Assembly: GCF_009914755.1 (NCBI RefSeq)
Contig: NC_060936.1
DNA from: the human T2T-CHM13v2.0 reference genome, Homo sapiens
Strand: one strand, 5' to 3'
DNA: 64,000 bases
Positions within the stretch are counted from its first letter, which is position 1. The number at the start of each line of letters is the position of its first letter. The translations under genes and the position numbers were made by a program. Under the pieces are notes generated by a model. That model was given only the letters and a program-made list of their open reading frames with translations, was not told the DNA's origin and did no database searches. Positions 18,105-32,158 of the stretch are shown here, in pieces.

Positions 18105-18728
18105 AGAAATCATTATATTAAATATCAAAAAGACGCCTACATGCATATGTTTATTGCAGCTTAATTTACAATTTCAAAGACATGGAATCAACCTAAGTGA
18201 CCATCAACTGAAGAGTGGATAAATAAAATGTGATATATATAATATATTATATATATTATAATATATATTATATATCACATTATATATTATATATTATAAT
18301 ATATTATATATCACATATATAATATATATCACATTATATATAATATATAATACAATAATACTTAAATACATATAATAATATATAAATATATATAATATAT
18401 AATATTATAATAATATATAAAATAAAATATATACACACACACACACCATGGAATACTTCTCAGCCATAACAAAGAATAAAGTAATACCTTTTGTAGCAAA
18501 TTGGATGGAACTGGAGATCATTAGCTTAAGTGAAACAACTCAGGAACAGAAAACCAGATACTTCATGTTCTCACTGTTAAGTGGGAGCTAAGCTATGTGT
18601 ATGCAAAGACATATAGAGTGGTATAATGGACACTGGAAACCCAGAACGGGGATAAGGGATGAAAAACTACCTATTGGATACAATGTACACTATTTGGGTG
18701 ACAGGTACCCTAAAAGTCCAGACTTCAA
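18105..18728 (+). mobile_element. Old L1 (L1PB/L1MA type) 3' end interrupted by an AT-rich expansion
   Basis: L1 ORF2 end and 3'UTR motifs (CATGGAATCAACCTAAGT, CACCATGGAATAC, ATGTTCTCAC). Confidence 0.85.
18233..18446. repeat. Degenerate (TA/TAA)n low-complexity tract ending in (CA)n
   Basis: About 200 bp almost entirely A/T. Confidence 0.95.
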
Positions 18729-19215
18729 GCTATTTAAATAAATACATAAATAAAATGTTTTTTATTTCACATACACCTGTTAATCACACATTTGTTTTAA
18801 AGTCAGTCCTATGTGAAAGACATCTTGCTAGGTGCCTTGGGGAATATAAACTATAAGATAAGGTGTCTGCTTTCCAACTTAGCTTGTCATATATTTGGGT
18901 GTATAAGACATACAAGAAAAGGACTAATAACTAATTTGTTCATTCAACATATATTTTATTAAGCTCCTGCTATGTTCCTGACACTGTCTTTGCAACTGGG
19001 TAATAAGTAATACTTATCAAATGGATGGGACATATAACTAGTTTTACAATCCATATACTTCCAGGAAGTATATATGTTTGAATGGGGTACAAAAATAACA
19101 ATTTAGTGAGTCTGTTGTGAAATATCATTGAGCTATTTAATCTAAAACAGCACACTGTCTGGCATATAGTACACATTTAAAAAATGTTAACTATTATTAA
19201 TCTATGAATTTAGTG

Positions 19216-19432
19216 CAGGAGTTAGAAAAATTTTAATGGTAATTGACCAGATAGTAAATATTTTAGGCAGTATGGATAACATGATCTCTATTGCACCTAC
19301 TCAGCTTTGCTGCTGTAGCACAAAAGCATCCTTAGACAACATGTACATGATAGGTGTGCATTTTTCAATAATATTTTATAGAAACAGGCTGTGTGCCGGG
19401 TTTGGCTCACAACCATAGTTTGCAGACCCCTG
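19216..19432. mobile_element. MER58A-like hAT-Charlie DNA transposon relic
   Basis: Ends CAGGAGTTAG...TTTGCAGACCCCTG; internal CCAGATAGTAAATATTTTAGGC and ACTCAGCTTTGCTGCTGTAGCACAAAAGCA. Confidence 0.8.
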
Positions 19433-20282
19433 ATTTAGAGGAAGAGGCATTTTCTTTCAGTCGGGTGGCCAAAGAAGGCTTCCTGAAGGAGATGAGATTT
19501 GAGTTAGATCTTGGCTAAGATTCAGCTAGTTGAAGAGAATGACATAGTAGGATCCAAAAAGGCAGAAAAAGAATCTGAGTCAAGCAGTAGAGACAGGAAA
19601 TGGTAAAATTCATTTGGAAGGACAGTAAGTAGACCAATGTGACTAAAAGGTGAGAGAAGGTGAGCTTGCAAGGGTAGGTTTTGTCTGAACTGGATTCTGT
19701 TAATGAGTAAAAGTTTTTGAACAGGCAAGTGTCATGTTTTAAACAATGTTAAGAAGAGGCAGGTCTTGCAGTATGTAAGTGGGAGTGAAGCTGGAAGCTG
19801 TAATAAAAACCTTTGATAGGTGGTCTGTTTGTGAAACAGCGGGCAATATGAAGGGGAAAAAGGACTCTGGGAAGATTAAGGAAGGAAGGTGCTTATCAGA
19901 GCAAGAGATGGTTGACCTTTAGAGTTTTACAAGCCCAAGATGAGACATTCTTAATGGGAAGAGAGCTAATATATACTGAAGGCCCCCTGAGTACTAGGTA
20001 TAGAGTGAGGCTTTGCATATCTCACTTTATCTTGTAATAGATTAGTTATTAAAACAAGAAAGCTGATTTGTGGACAAACCATCTGGGTCCTTTTTTATCT
20101 TTTTTTTTTCTTTTTAAACATGTTGAGTTAATGCCTATGAAGAAAATCTAGGGAAAAAATATCAGTCACTGACCTGCAAAAGAAACTGTAAAAAATTTTG
20201 ATAAGATATAGGGAAATTACAATATGTAAAACAATAAGGATTTAAAAAACTTATGGTGTACCACTTAAGGAATTTTCATCCA

Positions 20283-20283
<1 letters not shown>

Positions 20284-20327
<44 letters not shown>
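20284..20327. repeat. (CA)n microsatellite, about 22 units
   Basis: Pure CA run. Confidence 0.97.
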
Positions 20328-20328
<1 letters not shown>

Positions 20329-21511
20329 CTAATACTCCTTTGTTAAGGGGTTTATGCAATAAATGCTTTTATGGACAAGGCAATTGGGCAGGTCAAATGT
20401 AAGGAGAGAAGATGGAGATATATATATCTGAGATAGTTGGGTAAAATTAGTGTGTAGTTGAAATTAGGAATGATTTTGATGTCATGATCTTCAAATAAAT
20501 AGGCTAAAGAAAAAGTTTTATTTTAACAGAAGAAGATGGAAAGGATGTATTCTAACAAGTCAGTCTAGACTCAATAAGATCTCCCATAAGACTGTTAATA
20601 GAAATGTGAAAGGAATTATTTTTTCAGAGGAAGAGTCTAATTTTGACTTTATTAAATTATTCAAGCTTTGATATATTCTATATATGCTCCTAATTTGATA
20701 TGTAGCTTGCTTTTGTTTATTCAGAATTCTAAGGAATGCTATCTAGAGCTATTTTTGTGAGTATTATAGATATTAAAATGTGAATTATATTCAAATGTCT
20801 GACCTTTAAAAATATAATAAAAGGAAACAAGACTTTCTGCTTTTTTTTTCCTTTTTGTTTTAAGGCAGCTTGATATGGTGGAAAGAGGTTCTGCAACCAG
20901 ACAGAACTGGCCTTCCTTCTGCCTTCGCGACTTGTAACCTGGGGCAAACTATGTAATTGCACTGAGCCTCTGTTCCATGAATATTAAATTATATTCAAAA
21001 AGCAGGCAATACTATATATGCATATATTTAGCACAGTATAAACCTTTCCTAGATGAAATGTATTATAACTAGAAATCAGAATTCAGGAATACATGCAATA
21101 CTTTGGGTCAATTATCTGCCTTCCGAATAATTTATTATGTGTCTCTTTTGCTTTGGATTTCTTGGTGAAGAAACAATGTACTTAAAAATATGAGGACTTA
21201 TTTTTCTGCAAATTAATGAGTTCCGCAAACGTTTACTGAAAGCTCATGACATGCCAAGCACTGTGCTAGGTATAGGAAACACAAAAATAAATGACATCCA
21301 AACTTGGCCTTATAGAGCTTACTGTGCAGTAATAGAGATTTATGAACACTGACTATAGCTGAACATTTGAGGCATGTCCAGAATGTACTGAAAAGAGAGG
21401 TTAACATAAGCTGTGGTTCCCACCAGGGATACATTTTGCCTACACCTGTGTTTGTCTTGAAGAAAGACTTAACAAGTTGGCAGGTAAAGAGTATAAAGTG
21501 TATCTTAAGGA

Positions 21512-21813
21512 CAGGGGCAGGTCTAGGCTTTGTGGGGCTTGAAACTTTAATCATTTGGGAGCCTTTTTAAGAAAATAATATAATGTAATATTTGGTGAAC
21601 ATGAATATATATTTAGAATGAGAAAAAATTATTATAAATTATTGGAGATTTGGGTCTTTTTCTGCTGTAATCTCTTTAGGCATTTAGAAGAGAAATATAT
21701 AGAAAACCTATGAAATGCTACTACAACCTCAGCAGCAGCCAGCTCTTATTGGGGCCTTTGCAAGTAAGGGGCCTCAAGATTTGCATTGTACTAGTTTATG
21801 GCAAATCCACCTG
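21512..21813. mobile_element. MER53-like hAT DNA transposon relic
   Basis: Starts CAGGGGCAGGTCTAGGCTTTGTGGGGCTTGAA and ends CAAATCCACCTG. Family assignment from memory. Confidence 0.55.
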
Positions 21814-22092
21814 GCTTAATGGATTATTTGGAAGGGATTTATACATTTCATACATATGAGTCAAAAACATCATTGAGCATGCAGTTTTGAACAGGTAAGT
21901 GAGATTTGTGTAGAAGTGATCAAGTCTCTAACAATTACAAAGGGTTTACTGGTTTTCAGACCATTCAATAGAAAACAGAAACATTCAGACATTTCTTTAC
22001 AAATGTTGAATTGCCAGTCTGCAACTAAAATATTGTGATTACCTAATTAACATTGTTAAAGCTTTCTCTCCATTATTATTTTTTAATTGTAG

Positions 22093-22227
22093 CCCAAGGT
22101 GGTTGTTACAGCATCATTTGGCATTGAACCTGGAAGGAGGGTAGAGTACGTACCACTTGTAGAAGAAGCGCTAAAAATAGGACAACACAAACCAGACAAA
22201 ATTCTCATTTATAATCGTCCAAATATG
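22093..22227 (+). CDS. ACSS3: ACSS3 internal coding exon (probably exon 4), 135 nt, phase 0-0
   Basis: Acceptor ttgtag|CCC, donor ATG|gtaatc. Translates PKVVVTASFGIEPGRRVEYVPLVEEALKIGQHKPDKILIYNRPNM, in frame with both neighbours. Not present in the ORF track. Confidence 0.95.
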
Positions 22228-22604
22228 GTAATCTGAATATTGAATTTGGTTCTTGCTTATCGTAATATGCTAAGAATGAGTTTAGTTTTTACCATTTAAA
22301 AGAGACATTTGATTTATAAGCTATTAAGTATACTGCTGAATGTTATTGTTATTTCTAAAAAATATATGAATAAGACTTACTGACTTCATGAAAATCTAGC
22401 TTAAAACCAAAAGAGTGAAACACAGAAAGATGTGTGAGATTAATGAATTGGATTCTATGTATATTGCTATTGTTGTGTTTTTTATTAGCTCAGATTATAT
22501 TAGCAATAATAATAACAAACACGAAGTGACTGCTTACCATATGATTTTTAAGACATTCTACTAATGAATATATATATATAAAATAATAATAATAATAATA
22601 ATAA

Positions 22605-22899
22605 TTATTATTTTTTTTTGAGACAGAGTCTCACTCTGTCGCCCAGGCTGGAGTGCAGTGGCCGATGTCCGCTCATTGCAAGCTCCGCCCCCTGGGTTCA
22701 TGCCATTCTCCTGCCTCAGCCTCTGGAGTAGCTGGGACTACAGGTGCCTGCCACCACACCCGGCTAATTTTTTGTATTTTTAGTAGAGACGGGGTTTCAC
22801 CGTGTTAGCCAGGATGGTCTCGATCTCCTGACCTCGTGATCCGCCTGCCTGGGCCCCCCAAAGTGCTGGGATTACAGGTGTGAGCCACCGCGCCCAGCC
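22605..22899 (-). mobile_element. AluY, preceded by a (TA)n(AAT)n microsatellite
   Basis: Reverse Alu with CACCGTGTTAGCCAGGATGGTCTCGATCTCC. Confidence 0.95.
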
Positions 22900-23859
22900 A
22901 TATTTTTTAATCTTCCTGGTAACTCTATTAACTAGATGATAATATTATTACTATTTTAATAAAAGAAGACTCCAGTGAACATGGAGATAAAGTAACTTTC
23001 TCAGTTTGAAAGTGCCAGTGTCAAGATGCGAATGCATGCGCTCTGACTGTATGCTTAATCCCTCAGCTATCCTGACTCTTGGAGTGGTGTGATTAATTTG
23101 CATGCAATTGTCTTCTTAAAATTTTGAAGAGTATTTAGGCCAGAAATAAAACTATGCTTAGGAAAACAAAACATGAATATTCTAAGTAGATAAATTATTC
23201 TGTGATCTATGAAGGAAGGGAGAACAGTATAAGATATCAATGAATACAATTTACCGTACTTTTCCTGTAACTTTGAACTCATGATCACCTTACTTCTTCA
23301 CCCAAGCAAATCTCTAGCTATTTATGATAAGACCAACTTGGGTTTCTAGCAGATTAAATTTTTTTTTTTGCAGAAGTGAAATTGCAAGACTGCAAAGAAT
23401 CATGTGCAATTAATTTATAGAACTCTTGACAAGTTTTCTTTGAAAATACTTAAATGACAAGATATGAGAACAGAGTGTTAAAAATATGTCATTTTGATTA
23501 CCACCTAGCAATTCCCATTACCACATTAAATTCCTGTGTAAAGTTTTAGTAGTCTGTGGTTCATGAACTGCTGCACTTAATGATTTTAATGTTCTTATGA
23601 TCTTGAAGAAGAATTTTAAGTTTCTTTCAGAAGACCTCAAGCACTTTTTTTAAAAAAGCTTCTTTGCTGTTTAAATCAGGCAATGCAAAATCAGTAATAT
23701 AGAAGGCTTTGGGTAAGAACAGTTTAGAGGAATGGCAGGAACACACACACAATGTATGCATATGTGAGTATATGTGTGCTGTTTACATTACATATACTTA
23801 CAGTATATAAGTGCTGAACATGTAATTTGTTCAGAACTTATGATGTTCTAAGTTCTAGG

Positions 23860-24030
23860 CCCAATGCTAAGTACTTCCAAATATTTTTTCTTATTTAATT
23901 CTAACAAACAAATGAAATACATGCTGTTTCTAGCCTTATTTTGGAGATAAAGAAACTGAGTAATGGAGAGGTCATAGCCCAAAGTCACGGCTACTAAGTG
24001 GCAGAACCAGGATTTAAACTCCAGTTTAAT
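23860..24030 (-). mobile_element. MIR relic
   Basis: 'ttttggagataaagaaactgag...gcccaaagtcac..ctactaagtggcagaaccaggatttaaactccag' MIR core. Confidence 0.75.
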
Positions 24031-26071
24031 GATTTGTAACCAACAAGATATATGCTATTTCTTTCACTATAAACACATTGGATATGTGCAAGTCTCTTCT
24101 CTTTTCTTCTTAATAGAGATTAACTGCCTGCTCCCCTCCAATAACTAGCTTACTTTCTCAGCTTCTCTCTTTTTCTGCAGGCCCTTTCCTCTATTGTGAT
24201 ATAGATGAGGGCTGTAGAAATCTCTTGTTCTTTCTATTAGACCTGCTGTTTTGGCAGTAACTAAGCCCAGTGGAATGGCTTTGCTTTGAATTTAGAGAGA
24301 CACAAATTATGAGGCTCAGTGGTGTGTCTTATTAACCAGGATTGCATTTTTGTAAGAGGAGGTAAAAACTTGGCTGCCACACCTAAGCCTCAGGCAAACA
24401 ATGATGGAATCAAAGGATATTGCATCAATCACCCCTATGCTCTCCCAATACCGCCTTTTAAGAATTATAAGAATTAGGAAAGACATATCTGTAGAAGTAA
24501 ATGCATATATGTGAAAGTGTTTTTTTTCCTCTGTTTCTCAGATCTCCTTTGCACATACCTCTGTTTCTTAGCCTGAAGAATAACCATTTATTGAAGTCCT
24601 AATTTCATTAGAGTCCTATCAAAATTATCAACCTGTAATTATTTTTGTGATCCTCAATTTCATGTTTGTATTTTGCAGTGTGATGATTTTTATAGATCTC
24701 TGTGTTGTCAAAAGTTTGATAATTTGCAATTAGTTGCTTTTATCCATTGTATAAATAGAAATGGAAACGTATGATTTGGTCATAGTCAACTATTTTATTT
24801 ATCTAAATGGCAGAGCCAGTACCTATCAGAGTGGGGCTGGAGAAAGCAGTTTGGCCTGAAACTTCAACTTGATACAGGGTCTTCGATTCAGCTATAAATG
24901 TGTTAGCTATAAATGTGTTTATTCATACAGGTATCATATTCATACAGGCATCATATTTGTGATATTATATTGAAGTATTAATTGGTAAATGTACCTATTT
25001 AAATAAATGAACAGTTTTTACAACCCTGATTAATGTATTAAGCAGCTTAGAAAATGGAAGTGGCTTGTCTTTTCTAAATTTTTCAATCTTTGGGCTTATC
25101 TCAGGAATCACTTTAATGAAATGGTTACATACATCTCTAGATAGTAGATCTCATTAACTTTCATTGAGTGTTATATAACTTTGCTTGTGCTTGTGCTAAC
25201 ATGTTCGCCAATTATAAACTTCCTGATGTGTGATCTTGAGCTCAGCTAACATCTAAGAAAAAAACTAGGCTTTTAATGGGCATTAACTCTACTTAAATAG
25301 CTGTAATTCCCCATCAGAGTAACTTTTCCATCAGCCACTTCCCTGCTTTTCACCCATCTGGCCATTTCATTGTCACTGTTTTTAAAAAAGACTATTTAAT
25401 TTCTTTAAAGGAGTATCTGTTTAACTCATGACTCTATTATCACAAAGTTTACTAGAAGGAGGAAAACTTGGATTGTATTTTAGATATATCACAGACTCTG
25501 ACTAAATTTCAAAACTGGATTTTAGTCTTCAAAAAGGAATAGTAGAATTCTTCCCTACTCCTGAAGAAGAATTAATGTTTTCTTATTTGGAAAGGTAGCT
25601 GTGGTATTACTCCTAAAGGCCATTGTATGAAGAGAAATTTTAATAGCTTAGTTGACACATCATTGTAAAGATAATAAATGCAAAATAAAATAAATAGGCT
25701 ATGAAAAATAAAAATTAGTTTATAAAGTTATTAGTGTACATACATCTATAAAAACATGAAACGTTATTTAAGCCATGAGTGTTGATGGAAACATTACTGC
25801 ATTATACTGAATTTCTAAAGGATATCTCTAGATTTAAATGAAACATGCTTTTTTGTCAGTTTAGTTGAAGTGAATATAAAACTTTTGGACTTTTTATAAA
25901 CATTTATGTTAAATCATGAACTTGAACTTTTTAGTCATAAATCTGATGTTCAGTGCCATATAGGCCTAGATTTTCAGTCAGATGCTCAGACTTAAATAGA
26001 TTTAGCTACTTTTTGTTCTCTTGATTTAATCTCCTTATTACAGTACATATTCTTATATTTTTGCTGTGTAG

Positions 26072-26212
26072 GAGGCGGTTCCTTTGGCTCCCGGTCGTGA
26101 CCTTGATTGGGATGAAGAGATGGCAAAAGCCCAGTCACATGACTGTGTTCCTGTTCTTTCAGAACACCCACTGTATATTCTTTACACATCTGGCACAACG
26201 GGGTTACCTAAG
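26072..26212 (+). CDS. ACSS3: ACSS3 internal coding exon (probably exon 5), 141 nt, carries most of the AMP-binding P-loop motif
   Basis: Acceptor tgtgtag|GAG, donor AAG|gtactc. Translates [47 protein letters not shown]. Confidence 0.97.
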
Positions 26213-26335
26213 GTACTCACTCTCTTAGAGATAACTATCTATAGCAGTAGATTTACTTTGCACCAAGAATGTTTGATCACTGACTGGAAATGTTTGCAGA
26301 CTTTACTTTGAAGTTTAGAGAGTTACTTCATTTGC

Positions 26336-26390
26336 TTTTATTTTTTTTTCCTGTGCCCAGTCTGGAGTGCAGTGGCGTGATCTCACCTGA
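26336..26390 (-). mobile_element. Very short Alu 3'-end fragment
   Basis: T-run followed by GCCCAGTCTGGAGTGCAGTGGCGTGATCTC, flanked by AGTTACTTCATTT and AGTTACTCCATAT. Confidence 0.75.
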
Positions 26391-27840
26391 CACAGTTACT
26401 CCATATCTTAAAGAGATTTTGTGTTTAGTGCTAAATATAAAAACATTTATTATTTAACATCAAATATTTTGCTCTCATTTCTTCCAGAATTGTCTCAAAT
26501 GCTAGAAATATACAATTGCTTTAGTAGATGTTTAATTGAATATCAGTTGGTTTAATAACATTATATAAAAATATATTTTAAATAAAATATTTTTATTCTT
26601 TTAGATTGAGGTATAAGTTTCATGCAGTATAGAATTGATTTTTTGATCTAGGGGAATTCAATTATTTATTATGAATGTGATTTTGAGAATTGGCCTAGGC
26701 AGTTTGAACAGAGGCAATTTATCCAAAGTATTGAACTATTTGATTTACAGCATGGAAGACACTCAAGGATTTTTAAATCTGTTTACCATGAAATGTGTTT
26801 TTACAAAGCAAAGTTGAAAGCATCAATATTCATTGATGTGTCAAATAGCAACAAATACCACTTTTGCCTGGTATCTCCAAATAACACTGTTTCTTCATAG
26901 ACCCTTATAAAAGATAACAGTATCATTTTCCTTACTCATCTTTATTAGGTGGTTTAATATTCATTGAATTGTAGAATTTTAGTAGGGGACGGGACTTTCA
27001 TAATCATTCTCTTCCTTGAGGACAGTGGCTTCTTTATTACTGTTAGATTACTATAGCATCAGTGTTCTGAAAACTTCATTTCTTAATCTTCTTAGAATAG
27101 TGGTTCTATTTGATTAGTTAGCTTTTTAAAAGGAAATTTAAGATGTTCCATATAAACCTTGCTTGTGAAAAGGAACACTTTTGGTAGGGTAATATATTCT
27201 CTCTGAGGACACAGGTTATGTTTTAGTATATTTTGGTCTACCATTGTGCTGTATGTAGTTGGTGCTCAATAAATTTTTGTTGAATTCATACGTAGATGCA
27301 TGCACATGAAGATATTTGTTTCATTGTAGAATTGAAGCCTTATGATTTTGTTGCAACTCTAGTGACTTGAAAAATATTTCTGCATATTGAAGATTGGAAG
27401 ATTTATTTATTGAAGCATGCCATATAATCTGCTCGACATAATTCTCAACCTCCACTTTTTCCAGTTCTGCCTTGCACACTAGCCACCTGGAGTCCAACTG
27501 AACATTTGGCTATAAAATAAGAGGGGACTCAGCAAAGTTATGATCTAATATAAAAGTATCAACATGAGAGAAAACTCCTGACCCTGAAAACACAGTATAA
27601 CTTAATTTTTTAAAAATTTAGTTTCTTAAAAGCCTGAAGAAATCTTATAAAAACATTTGTGCTACCTCAAGACTTTAAGTCACTGAAATTCACTGTGACC
27701 TGGAATGGGATCTTATGGGAGGGGCAGAAGAAAAGGTTTTCAGAAATTAAAAGCTGACTTGCCAGTGTAGTAGAAATCAAATAAAAGCAATACACAGAGC
27801 ATTATATTGAAAAGTGGTTCCAAATAAGGATGGACCCTAG

Positions 27841-28225
<385 letters not shown>

Positions 28226-28991
28226 CTAAATGGAAGATCCTTTGATATTTCTATCATCCTCATTTTCCTCCTAATGTACCATCCTGAGACAATCTATTTC
28301 AATAAATTTGAGAGGGCTTGAATTGTGTGGAGATTTCTGCATCACAGTGAATTTGACTCAATATAATGTATTTGTATTGAGTGCTCAACAGATACAACTA
28401 TGAGTAAAGTACAGTCCTTCTAGTCTAGTGAGATTGAACTAGGTATGAACATAGGTGATGCAAGATAGAAGGTGATCCTTTAGTTGGGAAGATAGGTGAC
28501 TACACACAATGGAGACAAAGAAATTAGTTTTCAGGCTGTTTAATTAGTTTGGGACTTTACATAGGACAGCATGCTTAACAGGGAGGAATCAGATTTGGTT
28601 CAAAGTTAGGAGTCTAAGACTTTGAGAACATATGAGGGTGCTTTTGAATATTCATTGAAATAGAATCAGAAGGATGGTTGGAGGCTAGGGAAACTAAAAG
28701 TCTTTGACATACTCATCATGATGTGTCTTCAGGACATTTAACATGAAGATGCCCAGTCAAGAGTTGGTGATGAGAGTCTGAGCCCAAGAGTTACACATAT
28801 GGGGTTGGAGATAGACCCTTGTAGGTCACTGGGGTACAGGACTGGTGATTAAATTGTGTGCATGAGTAGGCTTTGCAAAGTTAACACATACAGAATGGCA
28901 AAAGAAGGTAGTTATCTCTTTAGGTCCCTCTTCCTTCCAGTGGACTTTAGGGTTGAAATTGCTTTAAATTTTACATTACCAACAGACCTTC

Positions 28992-29071
28992 ATGGCACTT
29001 ATTTTAACCTATCTTATAGATATTAGTTTTTATGGCACTTATTTTAACCTGTCTTATACATATTAGTTTTT
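28992..29071. repeat. 40-bp tandem duplication (2 copies, 2 mismatches)
   Basis: ATGGCACTTATTTTAACCT(A/G)TCTTATA(G/C)ATATTAGTTTTT twice. Confidence 0.95.
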
Positions 29072-30831
29072 ATTTATTTACTTTTATAACAATGAATGTT
29101 CTCTGAGGTCTTAGAATATACATTATCCTTTTTGGATCCACTGTAGCACTAACATTAAAATTTGACCCAGGTAGAGCAGAATATTTGTTGAATGATCTCT
29201 TACTTCTCTAGTAAGCCAGCTTCTTGGACACCTCCTTATTCATACAATTCTCGTTTCATTTTTCATAGGTATAATCAGGATTAATAGTACCTAAAATCTT
29301 AATATGGGATCCACAGAATGTAAGTATAGGAAAAATAAACACACATGCATTAATGGAGCATTTAGATATAAATATGATGTCATCATATGGTTTGTTTCCT
29401 CAATCCTTGATCTTCATGAGGAAAAATAATGTTGTGAGCTCATAAAACTCTTCTGCCTAAAAATGCTTGTTTCTCAAATATAAAACACACATAAGGCAGT
29501 CTGTTCTTTGGTTAGAATTTGTAGATACATTTAAAGCATATTTGCATATCAGCATTTGCCAACCCTGGAGTTGTCAAGTTGCTGTATGACAGGTTAATCT
29601 GTTAGCTGCTGTAAATATTCCAGCAACCACATGTGAGCTTCTTTGCATACATTTCTGTTTTGTTGTGGGCTTCTATTCTGTTTGGTCTGGGTGCCTATAT
29701 TTGAGATAGTTCAAAGCACTACATGATAAAAGAATCCCTCATCTGTATCAGATGTCCTTTTAGGTATGGGAGATTTAGTGATTATAATATTTATCTTGTT
29801 CAGTTTGATATCATAAAGGGATCATGATAATAAAAAAAGGAAAAATGTTCAGTGTCAAAAGAGAACAGGGGGAAAGAAATCAAAAGGAAAAGATTGAAAA
29901 GAAAGCATGACAAGAAAGTGGTAGATAAGGCCTTTTGTCCTGATGGGCACTTACTTCCTGCCCCAGAAAAAAAAAAGAGTGAAAGTCAAATAAAAAACAG
30001 CAGTGAACTTTTTTGTTTGATCTGTGGTACGCTCTTGCAGTTAAAGTGCTGAACTGGTTGCACCCTTGCCCCTTAGCTCACAGTTGTTCAGATCGACAAA
30101 AAAATTATACAACTGCCAAAATATCCTCCATGGACATAGCTTCAGAATCATCTGAAAACCTGTATCAAGATATTTCATGTTTGATGAAATATCCCGAATA
30201 GAAACTTTTTATGCCTTCTAAGAAGATTCAAGATTCACTAAGTTCTACAAGTGTCAAGGGTTTCTCCTGAACAAAGAGTGTTTGTTGAAATAATTGCATT
30301 GTTCACACGGGTTTATACACTAAACTGTTCACTCATTTAGACAGTCAACAAATGTATTAAATGCCTATTCTATCCCAGACACTGTGCTGAAGATACAAAG
30401 ATGTTGTCCTCACTGTGCTCAAAGTGGTGGAGAAGGCACAGCACTAGGTGGGGATATCAGTCCTCTGATGAGGTTTGCAGGCCCTGAGGGCTGTGAAAGA
30501 GGACCTGAAAGACATTTGACACAAATAACAGGATGGGGTGAAACTTCCCAGAAGAGGTGGTATTTTTGCAATGTCTTGAAGTACTCCTGGTGAAGACATT
30601 GGAGTTCATCAGGTTTAGAAAAGGGGTGGAGGCTTACTCTAGAAAAAGGGGATGCCATCTGTCAAACCACTGTCAAAACAAGGTTTAGTGCTGACGTGTT
30701 AGATCTTTTAAACAATCAGAACCATTCATTTTTTTTCTCTGACGCCTGCCATCATCTGGTGATGGGTTTCTTTTCTTTCCTTCAAATAAAATTTATTTTC
30801 CCCCTTTATTGTTTCTTGTCAGGCTGAATTG

Positions 30832-30990
30832 ATACACACACACACACACACACAAACGCACACATGTATATATATATGTATACATACATATACATAAGCA
30901 TATAAATATGTACACATGCATGGATACATGCATATGTTTACATGTGTGTATGTGAATAGACATTTTACATATGTAAATATATATATATAT
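30832..30990. repeat. Compound (CA)n/(TA)n/(CATA)n alternating purine-pyrimidine tract
   Basis: Read directly from the sequence. Confidence 0.9.
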
Positions 30991-31745
30991 TTGCCTTGTA
31001 TGATTCTTTATTACAAAATAAATGATAGAGGGACTTAATGTAGGAAATAGGAAGTTTTGTCATGTACTCTAAGCTTTTCTACTCTCAGTATTTTGGGATT
31101 TGCCTGTCAGATATTTAAAGACCATTAAAAAAAAAACTTATATTTTTACAATGAAGAATCCCAAATTCTTAATCTTACCACACACTTCAGGCTTCCCTCC
31201 TCTTCTACAACACCTATTGTTACAATTGCATTTTTCTTTTTCAAGTTGTGGCAGCCAAAACTGCACACAACATTTACACCAACATGTTTTCTGTTTTACT
31301 TTAATAGCCCCATTTATGACAATCTGTGAGTTTACTTGTCTTCAAAAGTAGCTCAGTAAGCTGGAAATTATAAAGAACTATCTGTGATAACTTTGTGGTC
31401 CCATTTCTGAGTAACTAACATTCACCCTTTACTTTTACTTGCACTGATTGGATTTTTTAAACACCATAAACATTGTATTTGTCCCCCACTCCCAAAAGAG
31501 AGCACCTTCATATTGCTTCCATTGCTATGTCTGAGATAGGATTCACTTTCATGTCTTTATTCAGGGCACAGAGTGCTAGTCCCATCTGGATATTTTTCAA
31601 GTTCCGCAGACATCTTTAAGAATTATGACTGATCCTACCAAAAGATCGGAACAGCATATTGGCAGGTTACAGGGTTTTTATGAGAATATATGAGATCATC
31701 TAGTGACTTTACTTTTAAGGTAGGTAGAGTATAAGTACATAGAGA

Positions 31746-32158
<413 letters not shown>

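Noticed and set aside
28992-29071. Direct repeats of CRISPR-like length (also 36894-37028 and 8893-8949)
   Set aside because: Only two copies each, no array of unique spacers, eukaryotic intron: simple tandem duplications.
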